From: a virus
Reading direction: 5' to 3' (one strand)
Virus record (IMG/VR): IMGVR_UViG_3300028394_000037
DNA: 64,000 bases
Part shown: piece by piece, positions 19,977 to 29,893 of the stretch
Layout: each line of letters begins with the position of its first letter
How positions within the stretch are numbered: the stretch's first letter is position 1
Translations under genes and position numbers: made by a program
Notes under the pieces: generated by a model
Seen by the model: the letters and a program-made list of their open reading frames with translations, nothing else
The model's database searches: none
What the model was told of the DNA's origin: nothing

Positions 19977-22900
19977 TTAACCTATAAGTGCAAGAGATTC
20001 ATATGGATCACTATTAGAACCACCAATAAAACTACTTGTTCCTCTATTCATAGGAACAGGAACAGGAATTAACTCTGGTTCTGGAAGTTCTACAATAATA
20101 TCCTGCATTCCCATATTTTCATATCCAGCATAAGACTGAAGAACACTCATCAATTGAGGTTTAGTTTTTGCTGCGTTGAGATACTCTAAAAGATTTGGTG
20201 CAAGAGAATCCAATCCTCTTGTAGTATCGGCATCAAAAACGAATTCTGGTCTTCCGTTCTCGGCAAGAGTTGCAAGAGTGGGTTTCAAAACTCTTCCGCC
20301 TTTTGCAAATGCAGTTTTACCTCCACTTAAAGGTATATTTGGTAATGGTGTTATTTGTGGTTTAGTAGGTGGTTTCGGGGGTGGTGTTAATTGAAATGCT
20401 CGCGGAATTGTATAAGGTGTTGTTAAAGGTACTGGTGGTTTTGGTTTTGCTCTTGGCGCTGCTGGTGGTGATGATGCTACTGGTGACGAAGGTGCTTGTG
20501 GTCTAGATGCTGCATTACTTGGAATTCTATAAAATTTTCCAGAACCTCCATAAGTATTTTGATATTGTGATAGTGGAGCAATCCAGCTAAATTTTGCTCC
20601 ACTAGATGAATTTGATATAATATTACCATCTGGTAGAACAACTCCAATATGCTTTTGTCCATTTACAATATACAAATCTCCAGGCATTTGGTTTCCTGAA
20701 GCAATTCTTACATATCCAGAATTAATCATTGCAGATTCTGCATCCGGAACATTATTAGAATTTCCCCAAGGAGGAGTTAATCCCGCTTTTGAAAACACCT
20801 TATTTACTGCCCAAACACATGCATTATTTCCACCATCAGGTCCAGAAGCAGTAGACATTCCCTTTAACGATTTTGCAGATTCTGCTAAATTAGATGCTAC
20901 TGGACCAGAACCAGCTGGAGGTCTATAATTTCCATACTTGGCAAATAATTTATTTCCAAATGCTGCTCTACGTGGAGATTCTATTGCATAATCTCCAGGT
21001 ATTTCAAATTTCTTTAACCAAATATCAGATGCTTCTTGAAGACTCTTTGCGTTTTTAATTTCTTGCCATTGCCCTCTGTCTTGAGCTTCCCATTTTAAAC
21101 CAACCAATTGTCCCTCTAATGTATTGGGATCCATACCTTTAGAACTAATATATGCAGAAACTTTTGGCCACCTAATCTGTTTATCCCACTGTGCGATACC
21201 ATGATGTGTTATATTGTCTGCTTTTGGATCAAATCCACCTTCTTGTTGAAGATTTCCTGCAATACCTGCTGCTTGTTCTCCAGTCAATCCTTGAGATATC
21301 AAATAATGCATAGTTTTTTCTTCACCACTTGAACCAGAAAAATCTGCAGCACCTTCAACTCCAGGTTGTGATGGTGAAGAAGATGGGGTAGTTTTAATAT
21401 CCTCTGCCCCCTTTAATCTCATTTCTTTCATCAAATCATTAATAATATCATCAATTTTAGGAACAACTAAATTTTCAACTGAATTCTGCAACCATTTTGT
21501 TATATCTCCACCACCTAACATTGGTGAAACAGTAACTGGACCGCCAGATGCAAATGCTGTACCACCTCTTGTAATTTCATTTGAACTTGCAAGACTTATC
21601 CAGTTACTTAATCCATTTCCTGCATTCATATAATCAGTTTTATCTGGTTTTTGTCCAAGAATTGCTTTAATTGGCAATCCAAATAAAGGAGCTAAGTCAG
21701 AACCTTCACTCATAGTTTTGAAGGATTTCTCCATATAACCAAGTGGATTTATTGATTTATTATCGCTATTCTCTGGGAATATTTTTGATATATTCTTTTT
21801 ACCACCAATACTTGCACCAGGTTTTACTGGTGTTGACTTAACATTTAAGGTTCTTCTTGGTTTTTTTAATGTTCTTTTTATAGGACCACTTGTAGATTTT
21901 CCACCTCTTGTTATTCGTCCTCCCCCTGCCGCTTTTTGTTTTTCTCCACCAGTCAATGAATCATAAAGCATTCCACCTGCAATATCACCAAGATATCCAC
22001 CAAGAATCGTTCCTGCAAATGGAACTGGTATAAGAGTTCCAAGAGCAGCCCCAGCAGTAGAACCAACTGCTTTTGCTGCTGCTCTACCTATAGGTTCTTC
22101 TCCCATTGCAACATTAATTGCAAAATCAATTAATCCACCAATAACAGGAACTCTTCCCAAACCTTTTGTTAGAAACTTTGCAGGACCCTTTCCCAAAAAC
22201 TTTATTGCTGCTCTTTGTGGTGCCTTGGAAAGTCCCCTTTTCATAATATTACCTTCTCCAGTTCCACCAAGAAGTCCTCTTTGAGGACCAAATCTTTCTG
22301 CAAGAGGTTTGAATTGTGATCTTACCCTGTTAAGAGCACCTTTTTGTGATTTTCCATTTTTTAGATCATTTTCAAACATTCTGGCAGCATCATTGCCATA
22401 GGTTTTCTCAATTTTTTTTATTCTTTTATTTCTATCAAAATAATCTAAATTTGAACCTTTACCGCTATTACCATTAGGTCTTGTGGGTTTAGTTCCTTTA
22501 GGACCCTTGCCCTTTCCAGTTGCAAGCATACCAAAAATAAGAGCACCATTAATAAATGCAGTAAATGCTCCTTCAAATTTTTTAAACATCTTGAGGGCAC
22601 CGTCACCCCCAATATCTTTGATAAACTTTTCAGTTTTATCAATTGCTTTATATCCCCAATCAATAAAAGTTACTAATCCATCAAGTGCTTTTCCTCCCCA
22701 ATCAAGAAGAAAATTAAATACTGGAGTTGCAAGTTTTATAAAACCTATAAGTTTTGGTAAATGCGGTATTAAATTATAAACAAAATACCCAATCAATGTT
22801 TTAAAAATAAAATTTTTAAGAAAACCCAAAAATCCAAGTCCTGGTATAGAAGGAACTTTAAATTTATTATCCTTATCTTTTTGTTTATTTTCTAATTTTT

Positions 22901-23168
22901 TTTCATTCTTATCACTAGTTTCCTCTTCTTTTTGTATTCTATTTTTTTCTGTTTGTTTCTTTTTGAATAATGTAGTACTAGCAAATATATCTCTAATACG
23001 TAAAACTTTTTTACCAATTGAATTTAAAATATTATTATCATTATCTTCATTTTTATCTTCTACTGGAGATAATACTTTAGATGTATTAATTTTCGTCGTT
23101 TTTGGACGAATATTAATACTTACTTTTGGTTTTGATGATGGTAAAAGTTTATCTTTAGTAATTGCCAT
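19977..23168 (-). CDS. Tape-measure-like virion protein with a phage tail lysozyme domain and an NlpC/P60-like peptidase domain
   Basis: Helical N-terminus; AAGIAGNLQQEGGFDP..GIAQWD; NNACVWAV...PGD..HIGVV. Confidence 0.65.
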   Translation of the reverse strand: MAITKDKLLPSSKPKVSINIRPKTTKINTSKVLSPVEDKNEDNDNNILNSIGKKVLRIRDIFASTTLFKKKQTEKNRIQKEEETSDKNEKKLENKQKDKDNKFKVPSIPGLGFLGFLKNFIFKTLIGYFVYNLIPHLPKLIGFIKLATPVFNFLLDWGGKALDGLVTFIDWGYKAIDKTEKFIKDIGGDGALKMFKKFEGAFTAFINGALIFGMLATGKGKGPKGTKPTRPNGNSGKGSNLDYFDRNKRIKKIEKTYGNDAARMFENDLKNGKSQKGALNRVRSQFKPLAERFGPQRGLLGGTGEGNIMKRGLSKAPQRAAIKFLGKGPAKFLTKGLGRVPVIGGLIDFAINVAMGEEPIGRAAAKAVGSTAGAALGTLIPVPFAGTILGGYLGDIAGGMLYDSLTGGEKQKAAGGGRITRGGKSTSGPIKRTLKKPRRTLNVKSTPVKPGASIGGKKNISKIFPENSDNKSINPLGYMEKSFKTMSEGSDLAPLFGLPIKAILGQKPDKTDYMNAGNGLSNWISLASSNEITRGGTAFASGGPVTVSPMLGGGDITKWLQNSVENLVVPKIDDIINDLMKEMRLKGAEDIKTTPSSSPSQPGVEGAADFSGSSGEEKTMHYLISQGLTGEQAAGIAGNLQQEGGFDPKADNITHHGIAQWDKQIRWPKVSAYISSKGMDPNTLEGQLVGLKWEAQDRGQWQEIKNAKSLQEASDIWLKKFEIPGDYAIESPRRAAFGNKLFAKYGNYRPPAGSGPVASNLAESAKSLKGMSTASGPDGGNNACVWAVNKVFSKAGLTPPWGNSNNVPDAESAMINSGYVRIASGNQMPGDLYIVNGQKHIGVVLPDGNIISNSSSGAKFSWIAPLSQYQNTYGGSGKFYRIPSNAASRPQAPSSPVASSPPAAPRAKPKPPVPLTTPYTIPRAFQLTPPPKPPTKPQITPLPNIPLSGGKTAFAKGGRVLKPTLATLAENGRPEFVFDADTTRGLDSLAPNLLEYLNAAKTKPQLMSVLQSYAGYENMGMQDIIVELPEPELIPVPVPMNRGTSSFIGGSNSDPYESLALIG

Positions 23169-23172
23169 TGTT

Positions 23173-25827
23173 TTAATTTATTCCCAAAGTCTTTGCAGTT
23201 CTAGAATTACCATCAGGATGAATAGCACTAAAATTAGGAACAGATTGTGATTTTGAACTTCCAGATGACGGTTTTGATTTTTTACTTGCAGGAATAACTA
23301 TTACTCTTGGTTGTGATGAAATTGGAGGAGTAATTTGATTTACTGATGGATTGAGTTTTGTAGGAGCAATTGTAGATTCTTCTGCTCTTACAGGTGGTGT
23401 AAATACTGAATTAACTACCGATCCTATTGTAGATTTTAAGGATCCAAATAAATCTGGTTGTAATTGTGGTGCCTGTGATACCTGTTCTTTTAAATCAGAT
23501 TTGGGTTTAGAAGAATATGCTTTTGCAACATCAGGATTTCTAAAATATATTAATTGTTTTGTTCCTGGCCATCCTGCTTTAGACATTTCAGGAGTCATCA
23601 AATTAGTAAATGTTCCTCGACCCGAAGAATTATTTGCAATTCTACCATCTGGCATTACTATTCCAATATGCCCATATGGTTCAGGATCTCCAGTCCCACG
23701 CGGATCATTCCATATTACAATATCTCCAGGTTTTCTTTTATCTTCAGAAACTTTGACAAAAGTTTTGTTCAATGACTTATAAATTTTTGGAACATTCTTT
23801 ATATTATCAATACCTTTCCAAGGAAGTGTTAATCCTGCTCTATTATATACCTCATTAATTGCTGGCGCACATCCATTACCAGGATCTTCACGATATCCCC
23901 ATTGTTCTTTTTGCATTTGTGCTGCAGCTTTTACAAGAGGATCAACATATCTGGAGGGTTTAAACTTGGGAACTGACGGACCATATTTTTCAGGTACTTT
24001 ATTATCATTTTTATTAGAGAAAATATTTTTTATAACATTTGCACCTTGATTAATTGCACTTGAAACTAAATTAATTGGTGTAGTATTTTGATTTGTCAAA
24101 GGTGAAAATGGAGGGTCTCCAATCAATCCACCACCAGCAGCATAAGTGTTTCCTTTAATAATTCTTGGGCGATTCGTTCCTCCACCCATAGCATTCATTG
24201 TTTCTAAAGTATTGACACCGAACAGCTGGGTCGCACCAGGAGACATCACAAACTCACCATCGGAAAGCATAGCAGGAATTTTATCAATTCCAGATTCTCC
24301 AGATACTTTCCCATCATTATCAAAAAATTGCCTTACCTTATGTAATCCACCGCCTATCAGACCAGCCATTTGACCGGCACCAAAACTTCCTGCCTCAATT
24401 GTTGAGGTTATTATACCTTCTTTAGTTTGTTGTTCTTTTGATTTTTGAGTTGGTTTTGATTGATCTTCTTTACCAAAAAGTTGTTCTCTTCTATCTTTCT
24501 TCTGATTTATTTCATTTATTCCAACACCAGTCATTACTGCAGCACCAGCAATTATACCAGCGGCAAGTGGATTTGCTGCAGCAAATTGTGCAATACCACG
24601 AATTAATATACCACTAATAGTTCTAATAAATCCACCAAGAGTGGTTCCAAATAAGAAATATGCACTCAAAAGTGCAGGCCAATAATCTTTAAAAAATCTC
24701 AAAACAGACTTGAGTTTATCTTGATTTTCTTTTTTTCCAATCCAGTCTATTAAATTATAAATTACTTTACCAATAAGCATAGATACAAAGAAATCAATAA
24801 TCTTATCCAATATTGACTTAACTGGCGAAAGAAGTTTTTGTGCAATCTTTTGAACTGCACCAAATCTTTTTTCCATTCCTTCTTCAATGCCTTTTCTTTT
24901 ATTTGCCTCTTTCTTCTTTCTCTCGTTTTCTGCATTCTTTCTATCTTGCTTATCTTGATCAACAATGCTTTTTAAAATATTATCAAGTGCTTTTTGAATA
25001 TCCTTAATAGGACCTTTCTTTTCTTCTGATTTTTTTATATCAGGAACTTCTGATGTTCCTTTTAATAAAAAATTATTTTTTATTAAATTTGATGGTCTTG
25101 TAATTCTTACATTATCTACTGTTATTTTTTTCCTTTCTACTTTAAATCTACCTACTTTATCTTTAACTCTTTCAAACTCATCTTGAATTAAAATTTGCTC
25201 TTCTGGATGAAGGTTAGATTTTCCTGTAGAAATTAAAACAGATTGTTCTTTTAAAAGACTTTTATACGTTCCATAATCAATATCAACTACATCATCTAAT
25301 CCAAGAATACGAAGAATTCTTTCATCAATCTTCTCCGTAATCAGATCTGCTTCATTAACTCCTCCTGTAGGAACTAATGCAGATTTTGAAGGTTCTTTTG
25401 TTGCAGTAGCAGTAGCAGTAGCAGTAGATTTTGCTTTTGCTTTTGCTTTTTGTATTTCCCTTTCTTTTTGTATTTCCTTTAATCTAGACTCTATTGCGAC
25501 ATCTTCAATTTTTTTATCTGCCTGTTTACGAAATGGTTTTTCAAGATATTCATCCACCAACCACTTCTGATACTTTTCATATCTTTCAATAAATTCAGCA
25601 CTATTAGCAGAATAATTAAATATTGGAAAACCTCTTGGATCCTTTTTTAGATTCTCAATTAATCTATCAGAATCTGCGTCACCAAGATTGACAGTAGAAT
25701 ATTTTCCGGCACCAGTCAGTTGGTCTTTAAGTTGTGACCAAACTTTTTCAGGATCACGCGGGTTACCCCAAGACATTTCGGGGTTTAATACTCCTTCTGG
25801 TGGTTGTGGAAGATTATTCACATCCAT
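23173..25827 (-). CDS. Tape-measure-like virion protein with an NlpC/P60/CHAP-like domain
   Basis: Coiled-coil N-terminus; DKIPAMLSDGEFVM motif; GNGCAPAIN...PGDIVIW..GHIGIV. Confidence 0.6.
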   Translation of the reverse strand: MDVNNLPQPPEGVLNPEMSWGNPRDPEKVWSQLKDQLTGAGKYSTVNLGDADSDRLIENLKKDPRGFPIFNYSANSAEFIERYEKYQKWLVDEYLEKPFRKQADKKIEDVAIESRLKEIQKEREIQKAKAKAKSTATATATATKEPSKSALVPTGGVNEADLITEKIDERILRILGLDDVVDIDYGTYKSLLKEQSVLISTGKSNLHPEEQILIQDEFERVKDKVGRFKVERKKITVDNVRITRPSNLIKNNFLLKGTSEVPDIKKSEEKKGPIKDIQKALDNILKSIVDQDKQDRKNAENERKKKEANKRKGIEEGMEKRFGAVQKIAQKLLSPVKSILDKIIDFFVSMLIGKVIYNLIDWIGKKENQDKLKSVLRFFKDYWPALLSAYFLFGTTLGGFIRTISGILIRGIAQFAAANPLAAGIIAGAAVMTGVGINEINQKKDRREQLFGKEDQSKPTQKSKEQQTKEGIITSTIEAGSFGAGQMAGLIGGGLHKVRQFFDNDGKVSGESGIDKIPAMLSDGEFVMSPGATQLFGVNTLETMNAMGGGTNRPRIIKGNTYAAGGGLIGDPPFSPLTNQNTTPINLVSSAINQGANVIKNIFSNKNDNKVPEKYGPSVPKFKPSRYVDPLVKAAAQMQKEQWGYREDPGNGCAPAINEVYNRAGLTLPWKGIDNIKNVPKIYKSLNKTFVKVSEDKRKPGDIVIWNDPRGTGDPEPYGHIGIVMPDGRIANNSSGRGTFTNLMTPEMSKAGWPGTKQLIYFRNPDVAKAYSSKPKSDLKEQVSQAPQLQPDLFGSLKSTIGSVVNSVFTPPVRAEESTIAPTKLNPSVNQITPPISSQPRVIVIPASKKSKPSSGSSKSQSVPNFSAIHPDGNSRTAKTLGIN
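25401..25452 (-). repeat. In-frame hexamer microsatellites encoding KAKAKAKS-TATATATAT
   Basis: (gcagta)x4 next to (ttttgc)x3. Confidence 0.8.
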
Positions 25828-25994
25828 TAATTTTGCCTTTGCTGCTGTTTAAGTTTTTCTTCTTCTAAATGCTGTTTTAAGAGTTCAACATAAATATCCC
25901 TCTCCCATGGCATCATATTTTCAATCTCTGTTAATGAATATTTATGATACTGCATCAAGGCAAAATTAAGTCTAAAATAATTTTCCAGATCCAT
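25827..25994 (-). CDS. gp51: Baseplate hub assembly protein gp51 (55 aa; possibly made as a -1 frameshift extension of gp26)
   Basis: MDLENYFRLNFALMQYHKYSLTEIENMMPWERDIYVELL...; below the track cutoff. Confidence 0.8.
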   Translation of the reverse strand: MDLENYFRLNFALMQYHKYSLTEIENMMPWERDIYVELLKQHLEEEKLKQQQRQN

Positions 25995-26005
25995 ATGGAT
26001 CAGGG

Positions 26006-26725
26006 CTATGCGAAAAAACTTGATAACCCTTCTAAAGTAACTTCGTTTTCTACTTCTGTTTTTGGATTGATCACAATCAATTTATGAGAAAGTTTTGGCA
26101 TAGTCTCAAAAAATTCTTCAATTTTCTTAAATTGTGATGAATTCATTTGATCCAAAAATTCAATCATTTCTTTTTTAGTTACGTCAGAAGATGACCAAAC
26201 TTCTTCCTCCGTATAAATTTTATCCACACAAGATGCAATCAATTCAAATGATTGATCCATAGAGTTTTGATTTTTAAAATCAAAATTTGCTTTAATAAAC
26301 TGATCCAATGATGGATATTTCATTTCCATCATAACACTATCATCTATTTTTATTTTATTTGTATGTTCTTCATTCTTACAAACTTTAATTGAATCAACAT
26401 CAATTTTTACTAATACAGTTGTCTCGCCATCATCGGGACAAATCACATTAACTTCAATTTCTTCTCCAACAGATTTACCACGAATATTTAAAAACAGAAA
26501 CTCAATATCAAATGTGGGAAGTGTTTCTACTTTAATATTTTTTGTAAAAATGCAATTTTTGATAACATTTTTAATTGCATTTGTAATTTGTTTTGTATCT
26601 TCACTTTCCAATGCAATCAACAATACCTTTTCCTCTTTAACAAGAAATGGACGGTATTTAATCAGTTCTCCTGTTGATGGAAGTTCCAACTCATATGTTG
26701 GTGTAGAAATTTTTGGTAAAGGCAT
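26006..26725 (-). CDS. gp26: Baseplate hub subunit/chaperone gp26
   Basis: MPLPKI.TPTYELELPSTG..IKYRPFLVKEEK.LL...FDIE.LFL.IRGKSVGE. Confidence 0.9.
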   Translation of the reverse strand: MPLPKISTPTYELELPSTGELIKYRPFLVKEEKVLLIALESEDTKQITNAIKNVIKNCIFTKNIKVETLPTFDIEFLFLNIRGKSVGEEIEVNVICPDDGETTVLVKIDVDSIKVCKNEEHTNKIKIDDSVMMEMKYPSLDQFIKANFDFKNQNSMDQSFELIASCVDKIYTEEEVWSSSDVTKKEMIEFLDQMNSSQFKKIEEFFETMPKLSHKLIVINPKTEVENEVTLEGLSSFFA

Positions 26726-26754
26726 AATGTCCTATAAAATTCAGGTATGGTTAT

Positions 26755-27585
26755 TTATGCGCGAGCACCAAGATTAAAATTTGGAAAATTATTAGCAGGG
26801 TTTACAAATGTTGTTGGTGTTTGTATATCTGAAGTTCCAAAATTATTACCAACAGGACCAGAAACATATCCTTTTGGTGTTGGTATATTAGGATCAGTTC
26901 CCCAATCAGTTCCAAACTGAGGATCAGTAGAACCTGTTTGATTATTAATTTTTTCTTGAGTTATAGTATCACTACCAAGAACATATCTTATATAAGTAAA
27001 AGAAACAGTACATTTTAATAAAGATGAACTGTCATATGATACTGGCATAGATATGATACTAATTGGATATGCATTAATAAATCTATAACTCAAAGATTTT
27101 CCGGCATAGTCTTTTTCAAATTTTTTGATATATATTGCCGATGTAATATAATCATCTGGATAATGCATTCTATAATAATAATTTCCGGTATCCAATCCTT
27201 GAGATATTTGCTCATTCGTAATATATCCCAACCAATTTTCAAAAAAATAAATGATTGAATAATCGTGATCTACATAAAAAGTAAAATCCGCACGATCATC
27301 ATATAATCTTCTGTATGCAAATCTTTGAGTTACACCAGTATAATCACTATTATTCTCGTGAGTTGCCAATGATGATCCAGGAAGAGATGCCTCACAACAA
27401 GATAATGAAATGAGTTCAGAATTATATTCTTTACCTAAACCAGCCTCAGCACGTTGCTTTACCCACTTTTCTACCTCCTTTGGTGGATTAAACCAACATT
27501 GAAACTGTGAAGTAAGTGCAGGATTTAATAGTTTTGATTTAATATCAGAAACACTAACTCTTTTAGCAGATGGTGTTGAGGGCAT
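26755..27585 (-). CDS. Tail tube-like/baseplate-tube junction protein (gp19/gp54 family)
   Basis: C.EASLPG.S..T; R.Y....FTFYVD; AYP.SI....VSY....L....V.F.Y. Confidence 0.65.
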   Translation of the reverse strand: MPSTPSAKRVSVSDIKSKLLNPALTSQFQCWFNPPKEVEKWVKQRAEAGLGKEYNSELISLSCCEASLPGSSLATHENNSDYTGVTQRFAYRRLYDDRADFTFYVDHDYSIIYFFENWLGYITNEQISQGLDTGNYYYRMHYPDDYITSAIYIKKFEKDYAGKSLSYRFINAYPISIISMPVSYDSSSLLKCTVSFTYIRYVLGSDTITQEKINNQTGSTDPQFGTDWGTDPNIPTPKGYVSGPVGNNFGTSDIQTPTTFVNPANNFPNFNLGARA

Positions 27586-27633
27586 CTAAATAAATTTGAC
27601 ATTATATATTATGTATTAGACATAAGATTAAAA

Positions 27634-28086
27634 ATGCCTCGTGATTCAAAATACAATCAAGGTAGATTTCACCCACAAAATCCACAAAAATATAAGGGAA
27701 ATGTAAATAACATAATTTACAGAAGTTCTTGGGAATTGAAATTTATGAAATGGTGTGATTTAAGTGAAAATATTTTAGAGTATGGTTCTGAAGAATTTTG
27801 GATACCATATCTTTCTCCAGTTGATAATCGTGTTCACAGGTATTTTCCAGATTTTATTATCAAAGTGAAAGAAAATTCTGGGCAAATCAAAACTTATATT
27901 GTTGAAGTTAAACCAGAAAAACAAACAGTACCACCAAAACAAAGGTCAAGAGTGACTAAATCATATCTATATGAAGCACAAACCTATGCAGTAAATCAAG
28001 CAAAGTGGGAAGCAGCAAAGGAATGGTGTGCTGACAGAATGTTAAATTTTATGATTATAACAGAAAAAGAATTAGGTATCAAATGA
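27634..28086 (+). CDS. gp4: Head completion nuclease gp4
   Basis: P.NP.KY.G....I.YRSSWE..FM.WCD; RYFPDF; EVKP; NQAKW.AA. Confidence 0.92.
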   Translation: MPRDSKYNQGRFHPQNPQKYKGNVNNIIYRSSWELKFMKWCDLSENILEYGSEEFWIPYLSPVDNRVHRYFPDFIIKVKENSGQIKTYIVEVKPEKQTVPPKQRSRVTKSYLYEAQTYAVNQAKWEAAKEWCADRMLNFMIITEKELGIK

Positions 28087-28466
28087 TGGAAAAAGGTTTC
28101 GGTCAACATATTAAAAAAACATCAGAGAGGGTTAAACTTCTAAAAAGAAATATTACAAATATTAGAAATCCTGAAGATATTATGATGGAAATTATAAGAT
28201 TATTTCCAGATACTGAACTTATTCCTCAAGTAGGAAAATATTATACATTCATTTATAATGCTAAGACACCAAAACTTAGATATGATCAACATCCTTTAAT
28301 CGCAACGGTTGCAGTTGAAAGATGGGGATTTAAAGGAATTAATTATCACTGGGGAACAATTCGTAGTTATACCTGGAATGAAGTAGTTGGTAAATTGCAT
28401 ATTGTTGAACCAGAAGAAGTTAAAGATCTTCGTAAAATACGTTATGCAAAATTCCTCACTAAATAA
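28083..28466 (+). CDS. DNA end protector-like protein (gp2-like, short)
   Basis: GKYYTFIY.AKT....YD.HPLI....GF.GINYH; synteny with gp4. Confidence 0.55.
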   Translation: MMEKGFGQHIKKTSERVKLLKRNITNIRNPEDIMMEIIRLFPDTELIPQVGKYYTFIYNAKTPKLRYDQHPLIATVAVERWGFKGINYHWGTIRSYTWNEVVGKLHIVEPEEVKDLRKIRYAKFLTK

Positions 28467-28541
28467 CTAAAAAGTATATTCAATGTTTAGAATAGTAGGA
28501 AAATATATTTTAAACATCTTCTCTAATAGAGAGGTAACCTG

Positions 28542-29891
28542 ATGGCATATACACCAACATATACAACCGGTGCTGATGGCAAGTCAATGGCAAAGGTTGT
28601 AAAAACAGATACTGTTACGTTGGATATTGGTGGAAAAAAAATTCAAGGATATCAAACAACATATGCTGATGGAAAATCGAAATGGATAACTACAGGAGAT
28701 GCCTCAAATAATTCCGGTTATGATTATTCCACTTTCACTTCACAAAAAAATTCTTCTGGTAAATGGATATGGACCCCAACCACAACAGATAGTATTTCAA
28801 ATTTAGCAGATAGCACAGGGATATCTTCGAAACAAATAGAAAAAGATCTATATACACAAGCAATTCAAAATTCTTTAGATAATAATAGAGTTACTCAACT
28901 TGGTGGTACAGACAATGCAAAAAAAATTGATGATACAATACCAAAAGCAGGGGCATCTGCATCGCCACCACCAGCAGCAGATGAAAAACAACCAACAGCA
29001 GATGCACAAAAAGCAGCAAATGATGATCTTAAATCCCCAGCAGCAAGAGGTGAATATGGACATTTAAGATATCCAATCACAAAAGTAGATGATAATCAAG
29101 ATCATATATTATTTTCTATGTGGGAATATTCACCCAAACCAATTAATACAAGTAATACTCAAACTCCAGGAATATCTGGAAGCAGAAATAAAGACAGAAA
29201 CCCTATAGGTAGTGTTATATTACCAATTCCTGCAGGAATATCAGATTCAAATAGAGTAAGATGGGGAGAAGATTCATTATCTCCAGAACAGAGCTTTCTT
29301 GGAGATCTTTTATCTAGAGGTATTACAGGAGAAGATGGCGGAGCTCCAGGTGCTCTTGGTAAAGGAGCAGGTTATATAAAAGAAAACTCAACAACAGCAA
29401 AAGAATATTTTAAAAATAGATATGTACAAGCTGTAACTGGCGTAAATCTATTAGCAAGAAATGAAGGTGCAATAGTAAATCCAAATATGGAATTATTATT
29501 TAATTCACCATCTTTAAGGTCATTTCTATTTAATTTCAGATTAACTCCAAGAAGTGAACCTGAAGCAATAGAGGTTAGAAAAATAATCAGATTCTTTAAA
29601 CAGGGAATGAGCGTTAAAAAAACAAAAGGTGAGTTATTTTTAAAAGCACCAAATACATTTCAGATTACATATTATAATGGAACAAAGAAAGACCATCCAT
29701 ATCTAACTAAATTTAAAGAATGTGCATTAACAGATTTCACTGTTAATTATACTCCGGATGGAAGTTATATGACTTATGAAGGAAAAGAAGCATCTATGAC
29801 TGCATATGAAATATCAATACAACTTTCGGAACTTGAACCAATATTTAATGATGATTATCCAAAAGATGGCGATGCAACAATAGGATACTAA
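28542..29891 (+). CDS. gp48: Baseplate tail tube cap gp48
   Basis: LPIP..ISD.N...W; NPNMELLF..P.LR.F.F.F...PRS..EA; FKECAL...VNYTPDG. Confidence 0.85.
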   Translation: MAYTPTYTTGADGKSMAKVVKTDTVTLDIGGKKIQGYQTTYADGKSKWITTGDASNNSGYDYSTFTSQKNSSGKWIWTPTTTDSISNLADSTGISSKQIEKDLYTQAIQNSLDNNRVTQLGGTDNAKKIDDTIPKAGASASPPPAADEKQPTADAQKAANDDLKSPAARGEYGHLRYPITKVDDNQDHILFSMWEYSPKPINTSNTQTPGISGSRNKDRNPIGSVILPIPAGISDSNRVRWGEDSLSPEQSFLGDLLSRGITGEDGGAPGALGKGAGYIKENSTTAKEYFKNRYVQAVTGVNLLARNEGAIVNPNMELLFNSPSLRSFLFNFRLTPRSEPEAIEVRKIIRFFKQGMSVKKTKGELFLKAPNTFQITYYNGTKKDHPYLTKFKECALTDFTVNYTPDGSYMTYEGKEASMTAYEISIQLSELEPIFNDDYPKDGDATIGY

Positions 29892-29893
29892 AA

